From Octopus sinensis (taxonomy: Eukaryota): DNA of 64,000 nt. The stretch lies in assembly GCF_006345805.1 (NCBI RefSeq), contig NC_043001.1, forward strand, positions 134,478,001-134,542,000. Direction: 5' to 3'. This document shows, one piece after another, positions 1-12,090 of the stretch (the stretch's first letter is position 1; every line of letters begins with the position of its first letter). Under the pieces are notes generated by a model that worked only from the letters and a program-made list of their open reading frames with translations, did not search any database and had not been told where the DNA came from. The translations under genes were made by a program, and so were the position numbers.

Positions 1-2474
1 AAGGGTAACTTACTGATATGTTTTTAATGAGGCTAAACTAAGCAATCATTAGCCTACTACATAAGGACTTTGATAGGGATCCAAATATAAAGTAAGAACC
101 AGCAAATGAGTGCACGAGTTTAAGGTCAATTGAGTTGAAGAACATTCTGCACCATCTTACGTGATACTTAAGGTTTTCAAAAGCAAACTTATTAAAGACT
201 TAAGTTTTAAGTAGGAAAGATGACAATTGGTGGTAACAGTTTTTCTCCCTATCAGAGTTAAGGGCAGATTCTAGGACTTTTTTAAATTTTGTTAGAACTA
301 TGATGCTGTATGGTAAGTGAAGTATATGCCTCAAATGCAGAGGACTTTAAAGCGCTGATCACAATGTGAAGGAAAGCTTGCAGAAGAGGGATAGCTTTCA
401 AGACAATAGGACAAAATAGTGAAGGCTGATTTACAAGACCGTAACCATACAAAGGTGACAAAAGACCAGTATAGCTGGTGCTATGTAATCGTCAAAATCT
501 TCCACATTGATGAAACAGATTTCTGGAAAAAAAACACTGCATAACACCCCTCCCTCTTCAAGGCATCACCTAACTGCATACTTCAACTTTTCACTACTTG
601 CTACATGGGGTGGGGGAGGAAGGTACTTGTTATCTAGCATTTATTCTATACCACCTTCGCCATATCTTTTAGATTACCCAACTGTATCATCTAACACCAC
701 ACTTTTACAACTCAATCATGTCATTTCTCACTCACCCATCCTAGCCTCCACTTGTTTTACTGTTTTGCTTCTCTTCAACCACCCTACCACATCCCACTGC
801 TGGTCATCTTGTCTTTTCTACCACCCAACTCTTGCATCATTTACCCCCCCCCACAACCGTATCCAATTTCTACAGTCATCACCTACTCTTCCCTACTTAA
901 CATGTGCTCTTTATATTCACTCATCCACTCCCTATCTCTAATCACTCTTCACACTTCCTGTTATCCTCACAAACTAATCCTTATGGGATCTACTTGATAC
1001 CTCATCACATATCTTTCCAACCCTAACTTGGTCATCCTCTTTTCTATGAGTGGCTTACGTAGCTTTGTGGAAAGCTGTTCTGACCCCGTTCTCCACACTT
1101 TAACCCCTCATCTCAAGAGAAGCCACTGACCTGTCTATTCTGGCCCCTCAAAAGGGATTTTAGTCTTGCTGGCTGCATACTGACCTCACTAAAGCTGGTA
1201 CCACGATAAGAGGGGAGGGGGCACTCAGTACACGCAGTAAAGTGGCTGGTATTAGGAAAGTTATCTAACTGTAGAAACCGTCAAAGCAGACGATGAAGCA
1301 CAATGCAGTTTTTGGAACCATTGAATCCTGTTAAACCATTCAACTTATGCAAGCATGGAATACAGACAAATGATTAAGGGAAAAAAGCAGGAAGAAATTC
1401 CATAGTGTACTCACTATAAACTATGGACACAGAAGAAAGACTTCCTCCCGTCCCTCCCCCTTTTGGATACGGAGATTCCGGAAAATTGCCAAAAATCGGC
1501 ATTTTGAAATTTCGGCCCCTTCCTCCTTAATTTCTTCAATTTTCACTTGTTTCCCCTAACCGTAACCCTAAAACCCCAACTGTACTGTAACTACAAAAAT
1601 TTGGGGGAATTTTTTCAGAATCATAATCTCCGTATTTTTCCGCATTTTTTTTTTTTTTTCATTTCTGGAAAAAAATTTACAAAATATTTTTCAGAATCAT
1701 TTTATTTTCCGCATTTTTTTTTTTTTTGGCGGGGGGGATTTGAAAGAGTCCAGAATGAGGTGGGGAGGGCTAATTTCAAAATACCTATTTTTGTCCATTC
1801 GTATTCTCCGTGTAGAAAGTGTTCTTTGGTGGGTACAAACGAAGTCTTGTCGAGAAGAATAGTAGTTTACAGACAGACTAGTTAGTAAGAATTCACGTGA
1901 AAAATTTCTTCAAATACTCAGCTTTTGAAAGCATAATTGTCAGAGAAAGAAGAGGATGACACATTTTCAAGAAGCCTATTTCTGATAGCGACTAATGACC
2001 TTTCAGACTGAAAGGAAAGTTATACTTGTGGTTTGGTATTACTGCATTGTAATAAAAATGTGGGCCCCGAATGCGAAATATTTGCTATGGTTCGAAACAA
2101 TATGCATGGTTTGCTGAATGTGTAATGAAAGACAAATCAACTAAGAGAAAAACTGGAGATAAGAAGCAGACATGGACAAGAGCTGGTATAGGAATGTAAT
2201 ACATATGGAGGGTGGACGAAGTGGTGAAGCTCATGAAGCATGAGGACTGTGACGGTTATGCACGCTAGCAAAACAAGTTATCGAAAATAATAAATTGTGA
2301 AGTGGGTTGGGACGTTTATGCTGTCATAGTCCTGTAAAGTCTCCACTTAATATGGTGATTTAGTGGTTACGATGCTATAACTCTTGAACAGGGTTGTGTG
2401 TTGTATTCAATCAATACCACCATGGAAAGCTAATGTAAAATGATGCATGTATACATACACACGCATTATATTAT

Positions 2475-2745
2475 CACCGTGACCGACCAGACCATCAGAT
2501 GTTGCTACACATCTCTGGTCACAATGCGTTTGCATTGTTTTAGCCTTCGAACGACGCCACCACGCTGGCTAAGCGAGCAGGCCAACAGAAGAAAGAGTGG
2601 TGAAGAGTACAGCAGGGATCACCACCTCCTGTCGGAGCCTCGTGGAGCTTTTTAGGTGTTTTCGCTCAATAAACACACACAACGCCCGGTCTGGGAATCG
2701 AAACCGCGAGTCCGCTGCCCTAACCACTGGGCCATTGCGCCTCTG
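2475..2745 (-). mobile_element. tRNA-derived SINE family B, tail type 2
   Basis: Head GGCGCAATGGCCCAGTGGTTAGGG...TTCGATTCCC; 13-bp TSD CGCATTATATTAT (2462-2474, 2746-2758). Confidence 0.9.
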
Positions 2746-2869
2746 CGCATTATATTATAAAGGAAGTTAATTGATAGTCTTTAGAGCATAGAGTTTAAAA
2801 CAAATCCTACTGGATATTCTGAGTCCAGCTTTTTAAGGTTGAAAGACAAGTTTTGTTATCTGTTCTAGC

Positions 2870-3110
2870 TCTGAGCAGTCTAACTAATGGCTGGACTGCA
2901 ACAGGTTGGTGTGAAGCTGTATAGGCCCCCACATTAGCAGCTTTTCCTTTCGTGGCATAGGAACTTTCCATGCACGAGCTAATGCTTCTTCAAAAGATCT
3001 TGCCCAGGCCTGTCTGTCAATGTTGACTGTGCAGAAGAAGCATAAGGGAACTGGACCGCCAGAGGTTCCAGATACACGATATATTCTTTCACTTGTCTCA
3101 GTCATTGGAC
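2870..3110 (-). mobile_element. Degenerate RTE-X-like LINE 3' remnant
   Basis: KLLMWGP-type C-terminal LINE sequence; low similarity only. Confidence 0.35.
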
Positions 3111-4712
3111 AGTAGCCATGTTGAGATATTGTGTTGATTTGTTGTAAGACTAGGTAAAATTACCCAAAGTGTGGTACACAATTACAATTAATTACATCTC
3201 ATTTTTGTTGATTCACTATATCATAGACATAAACTAACAAATTGTCAAGTGGTTGGTATCCCAAAAGCCAAATTACAATGAGATAAAAACGAAGTATGCA
3301 CACACACACAATGATCACCACCACTACTACTACATTCCATGCACCAATTTCACTAACAAAGCATTAGTCAGTCCAAGGCTATAGCAGAAGACGTTTACCA
3401 AGTTACTATACAGCGGTGCAGCAAAAACCATTTAGTTGCAAAGCAAACCACCTAACCAGAATGTACACTATACACTCAACAATGAGTATACGACCATTTC
3501 TTGTTAACGAGGCGAAGAGCTAAGCCAAGCAGACACTGCCGTCTTTAACCTGACCTATCAAATAGGACACTTTTCAGTTCTAACGCAATATAGAATCATA
3601 GCATTTGGTACTGTGTAGACATGCAAGACCTATGTTTTTGCAAGCGGTTAAGACCAGCCTTAGATCAAGTCACATTTCGAACATTTTAAGGAATCATTGC
3701 TATCTTCAGGGTTTCGTTTTCACATGTCTTAATGTATGAACGCTTCCAGCATATTTTATCTTTCCATAATGCTGTATCAACTGTAATTTCACTTTCTACA
3801 TTAATACTGCTCTTCACATCCTTCCAATAAAATACATGATGCCCCCCCCCCCAACTTGATAAGCTAAGCTTGAAATTTTTGCTGAAAATGGGCTTAATGC
3901 CCCGTTTTGAAAAATAGATAATTTTATGTCATTGAGTCAATAATTGGTAATTTTCCGAAAGCTAACCTGCAACACTAGTCTATCTGCAATTCCATCAAGA
4001 TTTGCATCTCTGGTTAACATACTGCTATGTTAGGATCCATTCGGGGGGGAAGGGGACATGACGTTCACACACGAAACGGAATGGAGAAATTGCATTTTTC
4101 TTGTTCTGCAGATATTTAAAACATCGGAAGTTTCCAGAAAATAAATTCCGTGGTGGTTATCTCAAAACTGCACATGCACACATATGCAGAGAGGGGGAGA
4201 GGGAGAGAGAGAAAGAGAGAGAGAGACGTTGACAATTATATGGGTGAATGAGCGGGTGCGTGTTAGCCTTATTTATAAAGAGTTAATTAATTAGAGTAGT
4301 TTTTAGACAGGAACAATTTGCTGAAAAAGTTGTTTATTGCTTCAAGAAAGATGAAAATGAAAAGGAGGGAACGCAGCTGTTGGAAGTGGTTTAATCATAA
4401 TTTACCCCACGATGGAGCCTTTTATGCGATTGCTTGGTCTGCAACAAATCACACCTTTATCTAAGCACAAGAGAAATTCTGAACGGCATCGAAAAGCCTT
4501 TTTATTACAAGCTGACCAGAACCCCTTTGGACAAAATATCCAGGATAATTTTTAAAAGAAAAATGAACATCTTAAAAACTAACAAATAAGAACACCCACA
4601 AAAAGTCAACTCTCCAAAATGTTCGGTCGAAGTTTATCACCTAGGCGACGTAATCAACATTGGTGGAAGTGGTTAATTAGACTGCAGTAAGACGATGACT
4701 ACTTCACAGAAA

Positions 4713-5097
4713 TCTTTATATATAAAAGTGAAGTTGTGTGTCTGTCTCCTACGATTTAGATTCCTAACTACTCCCACATTTTGCGGTGCAGTTTAACCAA
4801 AACCGGGTATCATAGTCGTGATTCATATCAAGCCCTTCTGGGTATTAGCGCACGTCTACGATGAGTCTACGATTAAAAAAAAAATTACCATCATTTTTTC
4901 CCCCATTTTAATGCATTTTTTTCGCTATTATATAAGGGAAGTAACTCTCTAAAAATGTTTACGATGAGTCAACGATTAAAAAAAAAATTTACCATAATTT
5001 TTTTTCCATTTTAATGCATTTTTTTGGCTATAACTCTAAAAATGCTTATATAGTTATTTCCCTTACAAACCCGAGCAACGCCGGGCGATACTGCTAT
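4713..5097 (+). mobile_element. Non-autonomous Helitron
   Basis: A|TCTTTATATATAAAAG 5' end, GC-rich subterminal hairpin CCCGAGCAACGCCGGG (5070-5085), 3' end CTAT|T (CTAG variant), no TSD, internal ~65-bp direct repeat. Confidence 0.7.
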
Positions 5098-8000
5098 TAC
5101 ATTTATATAAATGGTCTGAGCCCATTTTTAAGGGAACCTTGTGTGAGCGAAGTATGTTCGCAGTTGTATTCTAAAAAAATTAGCCATGACAAAATTTGTT
5201 TCAATAGCCATACTACTACTACTACTGTATTAATATTTTCTTCCAATGCACTGAATATATTTAAAATAAACGCAACACGTCAGCAATGCACATTTTTTCA
5301 AAAGATGGGAACCTCGAAGTAAAAACCGCGTAACTGTTAATGAGGACCGACGGGCTTCTAAATATGCATAACTGATATAATAATCGATATATTTAAATGG
5401 AAACACACATTTTCTATATTTCAAGACGTGCAAAGCCTTGCGAGTGGTTTTGGTAGACAAAAACGAAATACACACACACACCTGTCGCACGCGCCTTTTG
5501 TCAAGACATCACGATAGTAATGAGTATCACCGTTGTACAAGCGGGGTTAGTTTCCAGTCTTCCGTGAAAGACACGCCCGACCATGGGGAAACATTACGGA
5601 CGTGAAATCGATGATGAAACACGACATCTGCAAGAATGCAATTGTTTCTAGCATAGACTCAGGGTTTGCAATTTGAGGAAAAGAACCAGCCATTATTACT
5701 ACGATTCGGCCTCAGTAGTTGACTATCAATAATACCGAAGGGACTTATGACCTCAACAGGATTTGAACTCAAAACGAAATGTACCGAAAGTAATAAAATG
5801 AGTAACAAAAACGTAATAAAATTGAGTAACAAAAACAGGAATATTTTTTTCGGCAAATAAATTTAATTATTGTAATTAGGAATAAAAAACACATTAAGTA
5901 GAAATACTGCAATTAAAATAAAAATTATTTAATGAGCTGCAATCTACACAATCCGGATTCAGCTTGCCGATTACAACAACCATCATTATTTACGTCACAA
6001 GCGACATTGAGGAAGAGACATGACAACCCATCCCTGCTACGTGCGGATACACACACAGCGACAAGAAACGCAGAAAACAGTCGCTCATTTTAAGTTTTTT
6101 ATTTTTTCTTCTGCGCATGCAGAGGAAAAAGGGAAGAGAAACGAGGCCGCCAGGTTGGCACAGAGTCGTAAGAGCCGAAAGACAAATTGCGTTGTGGTTA
6201 CAGTTCCCGGTTCAACGCTCCGACGTGAAACTTCTCCGTTCATCCTTTCGGGATCGACAAATAAAGTACAATTCCTGAAATAATTATTCTCTAACCTCCA
6301 CTTTAATTAAAAAAAAAAAAAAAAAAACATACACACTATGGCGGTGCCCCAGCATGGCCACAGCTCAAGAGCTGAAACTGGAAAACAAACTATCTCCTTA
6401 GAAAATGGGCTTCACCAGGTCTAAGAATGGGTGGAGGTATAAAGGACATTGACCGCACCCACTATCGTATTTTGTTCTTGCTTTTTTTCTACAGAAACCC
6501 ACTTTTTCGACTGCGGAGATTCCGAACTTGAAAAAAAAAAACCGCATTTCAAAATTTCGGTTTGGCTGTTCTTTCTAGCTTGTCGGACTTTCCTGTTAGA
6601 GCGTATTTAGAAATTGAAGACTTTGAAAAACCCCAAAACAAGTTCTCAAAATGTCCCTATGACATGATAGTATAACATTGGAATAGTCTAAATGAATTAG
6701 TGAGAAATATTTTATTCTTTAAAAAGGTTCCAGTCATGTACAAAATGGTCAGTTACGTCAGACAAATAATGTCTATCAGAAATCTATATCTGGATTCCGA
6801 CCGACGTGTCGAATGCAAAAGAACTATTTGATTCTTCCAAATAACGATAATTATCATGAATTTTATAAGGGCTTTGTTTTTATTTGAAAATAATGTCGAA
6901 ACAGGGAATGACATATACGAAATGTTTTATTTTCTGAAGATGAAATATTAATTTATTTTCTACAACCAACAGTTCCCATAGATTCCTTTTTAAAGTACCT
7001 TCAAACGGGGAGGACCTGGTGGTAGTGTTAAGGTGGGTTAGCGGATTAAGTTTACCCACTAAGTAAATATTCAGGACGTAGAATCGAACAAAATACTCAA
7101 GCGTATCAGGTTCGACGTTCTAACCGACCTTCACCAACCCACAGCTCTGGGTTGTACGATTTTATCGACCTCTCAAAGGGCGATAGCAATGCTGACCGCG
7201 GTAGGATTTGAACTTAGTGCACCACCTAATCAAATATATATATTAGCATAATTATTCTAATGTACGTAAGGGTTATTTTCCAGTGTTCATATCGATATAC
7301 GAACCATTTTCATGTTCGAGCTCTCTGCTAAAATGTTCCTAATTTAGACTCAAGACCAGCAATTTTAATGGATAGCTAGATTGATACTCCGAGTGAAGAT
7401 GAAAGACAAAGCTAACATCAGCGAGATTTAATCTCATTTTTGCCGACGCCCTAACGATTGTCATCTCACAGCCTAATCTGACTTGGTACTTTATTTTATC
7501 GACCCCGAAAGGAAGGGAATGTTTCCCTCAGCGGAGTTGGAGCTCAGAGCAAGAAACTGCCATTAAAATTTCATCCGATGTGTTGACGATTTGGCACTGT
7601 CATGATGATATTAGCTGCCAGAAGTGATTTTACTTGCCTCCCGGACGACGATGGATGAAGGGGACAATTGCAGCAAAGATATTATAATGTGGGGAGTTTA
7701 AATGAATCGACTATCTAATTAGTCTTTATCTAATTAAAGAGATGTAATAAGTGATAATGAATCATGACGATGCAAGATCGTAATATCACCCTGAAGACCA
7801 AGGACAAATGAATGCCCTCTCTGTCTTACAAGCAGGTGTATTATACTCAAGACTCTCCCACCCGTTAATAAAATCACGTACGGATAGCAGCACCTCCTCT
7901 CAAAGTGGACAAAGGGAAAAAAATGCCTGTCCTCAGCTTTTGCAAACATCTAGCACAACCTTTTTCACATACAGCCAAACCGCCATAAAAATTTTTTTTA

Positions 8001-8329
8001 AATCACCCAAACCCTTGTCCGGGTAAAAGGAAGGTGGTGAATGAACTGTTACTATGTCGAGATTGTAATGTGGGGGGGGACAATGTTTTTCATACAGACA
8101 ACCCAGCAGTAAGTAGCCCACACCTGCCAGTCTCCCTACCCCTCCCCGTCAATGGTTGCCTGATTGAATGAAAGGCAAGGGTCGATATGGCCGGGCATCG
8201 ACCAGAGAGAGAGCAGTTACACACGTTGTTCAAAAAAGCTGAAATGGGAGGGAAAAAAAAACCCGCCGCCAATCTACCGCCCTTTTAACAGGTGGGATTG
8301 CATGGGTAATAGATTTACACACACACATG

Positions 8330-8343
8330 TACATATCATATAC

Positions 8344-8382
<39 letters not shown>

Positions 8383-8397
8383 AACCTGTATGTATGA

Positions 8398-8428
<31 letters not shown>

Positions 8429-8489
8429 TTCATAAACTTGTATGGTGTATATATATATATTTCATAAACCTGTATGTATGATGTGTGTG

Positions 8490-8532
<43 letters not shown>

Positions 8533-8590
8533 CATACACATCTATATATACACACACACATCATACATACAGGTTTATGAAATATTCATA
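8330..8590. repeat. Compound (TA)n/(TG)n satellite with tandem and inverted units
   Basis: Unit ATAAACCTGTATGTATGATGTGTGTG occurs about three times forward and once inverted (~8550-8580). Confidence 0.85.
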
Positions 8591-9541
8591 CCGTAATAAA
8601 TTACATGTATAGACATTTTATGCTAATAATAAAAGGAGTCATACTATATATATATATAAAATATGTGGAGTCATAAGCATATATTAATGTACGTGTTGTG
8701 TGTGTGTGTAAGACTGGGATATTTTTAAGCTTAGAAATTTAGTAGTTGCAGAAATGTAATTAGGCATTAATTAATAAAATACAATCAGGTTGATGAAATT
8801 CAATATTTAAAAATTCGATCGCTTCAAACGGAAGACTTAACTGCCATTTCGGAATAATTTAAAAACGTCGAAAGATACAGGTTTTTTTTTTTTTTTAATG
8901 AGCGTCTTTTTTTTTTTTTTTAATTTTAAATGCGTTCCAGCCGTGACTACTACCTTGGCTTTCGAGAAATGTACAATTACAATTCAGTGCTCCCCCCCCC
9001 CCGAGTACCGGAGTTATTACCGTATAGTTTTTTTTTTCAATTTTTTAGAATTAGCTTTGCAATGCTCTAAGAAATTGAGAAACATTTTCCATTTTGAAAA
9101 AAGGTTAACGAAAAATTTGTCTAAATATGCATCTCTATCACAGATGCATTTATATACTATTATGCATAAAACACAGATAATGATGACATACTACACGTAA
9201 TTACACTTAGGCAGATATAAATAATATATTTATATATTAAAAGCAGTCAGTATCACAATAGAGGCGCACATAGGTCTGTTAATTAATTATATGCATAGAC
9301 ACACACAAACATGTATTGATGGATATTTGTAATTATAATTTATAATTCAATTTTGTTATTTCTTCAATATAACAGTTCAACAGAGTACAGGTTAATTCAT
9401 ATGAGAGGGATATTTGGCTACTTTGACTATTATGCTGTTTAACTACAAGGTGAACTCTACTAAAAAGACAGTCACTAATTTGAATCTAAGATAAAAAATA
9501 GCTGAATAGTTTAGAGTAAACTATAGGAAATTCACACAAAA

Positions 9542-9588
<47 letters not shown>

Positions 9589-9681
9589 ATAATATTAGAG
9601 AATAAAGCCAAACTTACAGGGGAAAATGAGATTTAGGATTAAATCCAATTATATAGTATAAATATATGTATATATATATAT

Positions 9682-9990
9682 TATATTAAATTGGAGATAA
9701 AACCACTATTAGGCAAATCAAACAGTGAAAAACATAAGCAAATACATAAAATTAATTTAAAATATAAAGGTTAAAAGTAAAAAATTATTTAAATAATTTA
9801 AACTTATAAATTTTATATAGACAAATATATATATATATGTATATATTTTATTTATTAATTAATTTTTATTTTATTTTATATATCAATAGTACAAAAAGAT
9901 AGACATTATTTTAAAAGATAAAGAGTTTTATATTTTCAATTAATTTTGTTTTTCACTGTTTGATTTGCCTAATAGTGGTTTTATCTCTAA

Positions 9991-9999
<9 letters not shown>
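9682..9999. repeat. Inverted repeat, 53-bp arms with ~210-bp AT-rich spacer
   Basis: 9682-9734 vs 9947-9999, one mismatch; flanked by (TA)n. Confidence 0.85.
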
Positions 10000-10029
<30 letters not shown>

Positions 10030-10575
10030 CCAAATAGAGATGCGTGTGTCTTAGTATATGTGGTAATCTTGCTCACCCATCCTATTAAAAAATACGTTTA
10101 GGTTCGACATAGCTAAAATTTATTTAATAAAAATCTTAAAATAACCTGAATGTAAATAGATAAACCATAATTAAATTTCATATTACACGAAATCATTTGC
10201 AATAAATATATATACGTAGGCATTCGTTTAAATTTCTTTAAATTAAGATAATATCGTTAGACGCCGTTAATTGGATTTTGAATTAAAAGTTCGGAAAAAA
10301 GACAGAAAAGACAGAAAAAAAGACAAAATACTTTCTTTAAAAATGTGGATTAAATATTTTTCATAACCCAGACAATACAACAATAAAATAATTAAATAGA
10401 TATGAAATATTTAATAAGATATAAAGTCTAAATTGAACTCCGGTGGTTGCTTTTGCTCGTCTCAGACACACAACTTGTTGGATTTTTTACCGTTAAATTA
10501 ATGTCGAGCGGGGATTTTTTTTGCGTTTTTTTTCCCTTTTTTCCAACGTTCTTGAGAATAAAAAAGAATATTTAC

Positions 10576-10632
10576 CTTAGCACCAATTTGATTTCCACAC
10601 TGTCCAGCTTGTACGTGTACAATCTCCCTCAT
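10576..10632 (-). CDS. TUBB: Beta-tubulin, coding exon 1 (MREIVHVQAGQCGNQIGAK)
   Basis: Minus-strand ATG at 10632, 57 nt = 19 codons matching the near-invariant beta-tubulin N-terminus, followed by donor AAG|GTAAAT at the canonical phase-0 position after codon 19. Exon 2 (FWEVISDEHG...) not found in 1-10575. Paralogue identity cannot be assigned. Confidence 0.93.
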
Positions 10633-10740
10633 ATTTCTACGATTTTAATAAATTTTTAACGGAACAGGTTAAGTTTGATGTATAACAATGAAATCCCCAA
10701 ACGAGACAAAAGACCTTCAAGCGTTCACTGCGCGTAGCAC

Positions 10741-10777
10741 GACTAAATAAATCGCGTTATACTGCTCCTATTATATA
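10741..10777 (-). promoter_or_regulatory. TATA-like box plus Inr-like core promoter of beta-tubulin
   Basis: Minus strand TATATAA at 10777-10771 and TTAGTC (Inr-like, +1 near 10744) about 33 nt downstream, ~110 nt upstream of the ATG. Confidence 0.45.
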
Positions 10778-10988
10778 TTTACGTATTTAGACGTATAAGA
10801 GCGATATATGTAAATGTATGCGTAAATTTAAATGTATGTGTGTTTATCACTCCGCCTCGATATATATATACACACACACACTTTATTCAAATATATGTGT
10901 GTGTGTGTATGCATGTATGTGTATGTATGTGTGTGTATGTTAGCAACGCCCGCTTCAGAAGCCGCGTTCCAGCTACATTGCTACGCAC

Positions 10989-11002
10989 GTTGCCTAGACA
11001 AC
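10989..11002. promoter_or_regulatory. RFX X-box motif
   Basis: GTTGCCTAGACAAC, close to the X-box consensus GTNRCC-N0-3-RGYAAC; located in the tubulin/PSMG4 intergenic region. Confidence 0.55.
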
Positions 11003-11023
11003 GGGCTATGATGCTCACTCCGC

Positions 11024-11028
11024 ATTGG
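11024..11028 (-). promoter_or_regulatory. CCAAT box (NF-Y-like)
   Basis: ATTGG on plus = CCAAT oriented towards tubulin, 22 nt from the X-box. Confidence 0.35.
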
Positions 11029-11080
11029 TTGATTCTTAACAGCAACGTCATGATGGATATAGAAGTGGGGAACTATTACA

Positions 11081-11094
11081 GTGTCCATGACAAC
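11081..11094. promoter_or_regulatory. Second RFX X-box-like motif
   Basis: GTGTCCATGACAAC, imperfect palindrome resembling GTTGCCATGGCAAC. Confidence 0.4.
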
Positions 11095-11910
11095 AGTTCG
11101 CAGTGCACCCCTTCCTCCCTCTCAATAATTCTTGGAAACATTTGCAGTAATAAATAAATAAAAAACACTCCTGGCTCAAAGCCATGGTGACGACTATCAA
11201 AGTTACTTGTAGGCCAACTCAAAACCAATTTTACTCTTCATTAGTTTATGAATAATAGCAAAATAACCCTTCGTAATATGACAGTTAATACAACTAATTT
11301 ACACGATTATAATTTTTTTAAAGTTCGAACCAGCGAGGGACACATGGTTCCTCGACCTGCTAGAAAAAGCAGCCAAATCACCCCTCTAATCAAACGCAAA
11401 GAAAGAACACGCTAGAGAATATGGTATTGGGTTTCCTGCACAGGGAAAAAGACGTTGGTCACAGCGGGAAAACTTTAATCTTAGGTCTGCTCGAGTAAAT
11501 CTGACCTTGATCTAAATAAAAAGCGGCGGGATAAGAAAAATTATTCTCACCCTCCAAGATGAATAAACTAAATGATTATGTGTGTGTGTGTGTGTACAAT
11601 GTGCTGTTCACTAAATGTTATTCGCAAAATTGGTCTTGACTCTAGACAAAAAGAAGTCCTTTTTGTTTAGAAAATAGTTATCAACCTACGATACAATTTA
11701 TATGAATAGTCTGTGTTAATATTTTGTTTATTTCCTTCAATAACAATAAAGTATTAAAAATATTTATTATACAACGTAATATATTTTCTATCTGGACCGA
11801 CTCAATATACACTTTTCAAATCCAAAATTTCTGCACTTCTGAGCCACCATAGTTTAAAACGTAACCACGTTTAATGAGTGTGTGTTTCTTCGTTTTGAAG
11901 TATTAGAAAA

Positions 11911-12090
11911 ATGCCTGGTATGAATGTGGATCCTTCAGAAAATTGTTTTATCAAAATACATCGGTTTTCAGACAAAATAACGGACACGACGGTTCATTTT
12001 CAAGTCATTCAAATGGCAAACAGCTTCCACATGTGGTTCGGCAGCTCGCCGCGTCTCTCCAACATGGCGGTTGCAATGCAAACTAAATAT
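11911..12090 (+). CDS. PSMG4: Proteasome assembly chaperone 4 (PAC4), coding exon 1
   Basis: AAAAATG start; 60 codons MPGMNVDPSENCFIKIHRFSDKITDTTVHFQVIQMANSFHMWFGSSPRLSNMAVAMQTKY align to human PSMG4 (LHNFSARLWEQLVHFHVMRLTDSLFLWVGATPHLRNLAVAMCSRY, from memory); phase-0 donor TAT|GTGAGT at 12091. Confidence 0.88.

Noticed and set aside
507-997. ORFs of 144 and 81 aa
   Set aside because: Low-complexity C/T-rich S/H/L/P/T translation typical of decayed repeat sequence.
1440-1770. Possible Helentron/HINE-like element (CGGAGATTCCG, CCCTAACCGTAACCCTAA; related piece near 6500)
   Set aside because: Boundaries and diagnostic termini could not be defined; left unannotated.
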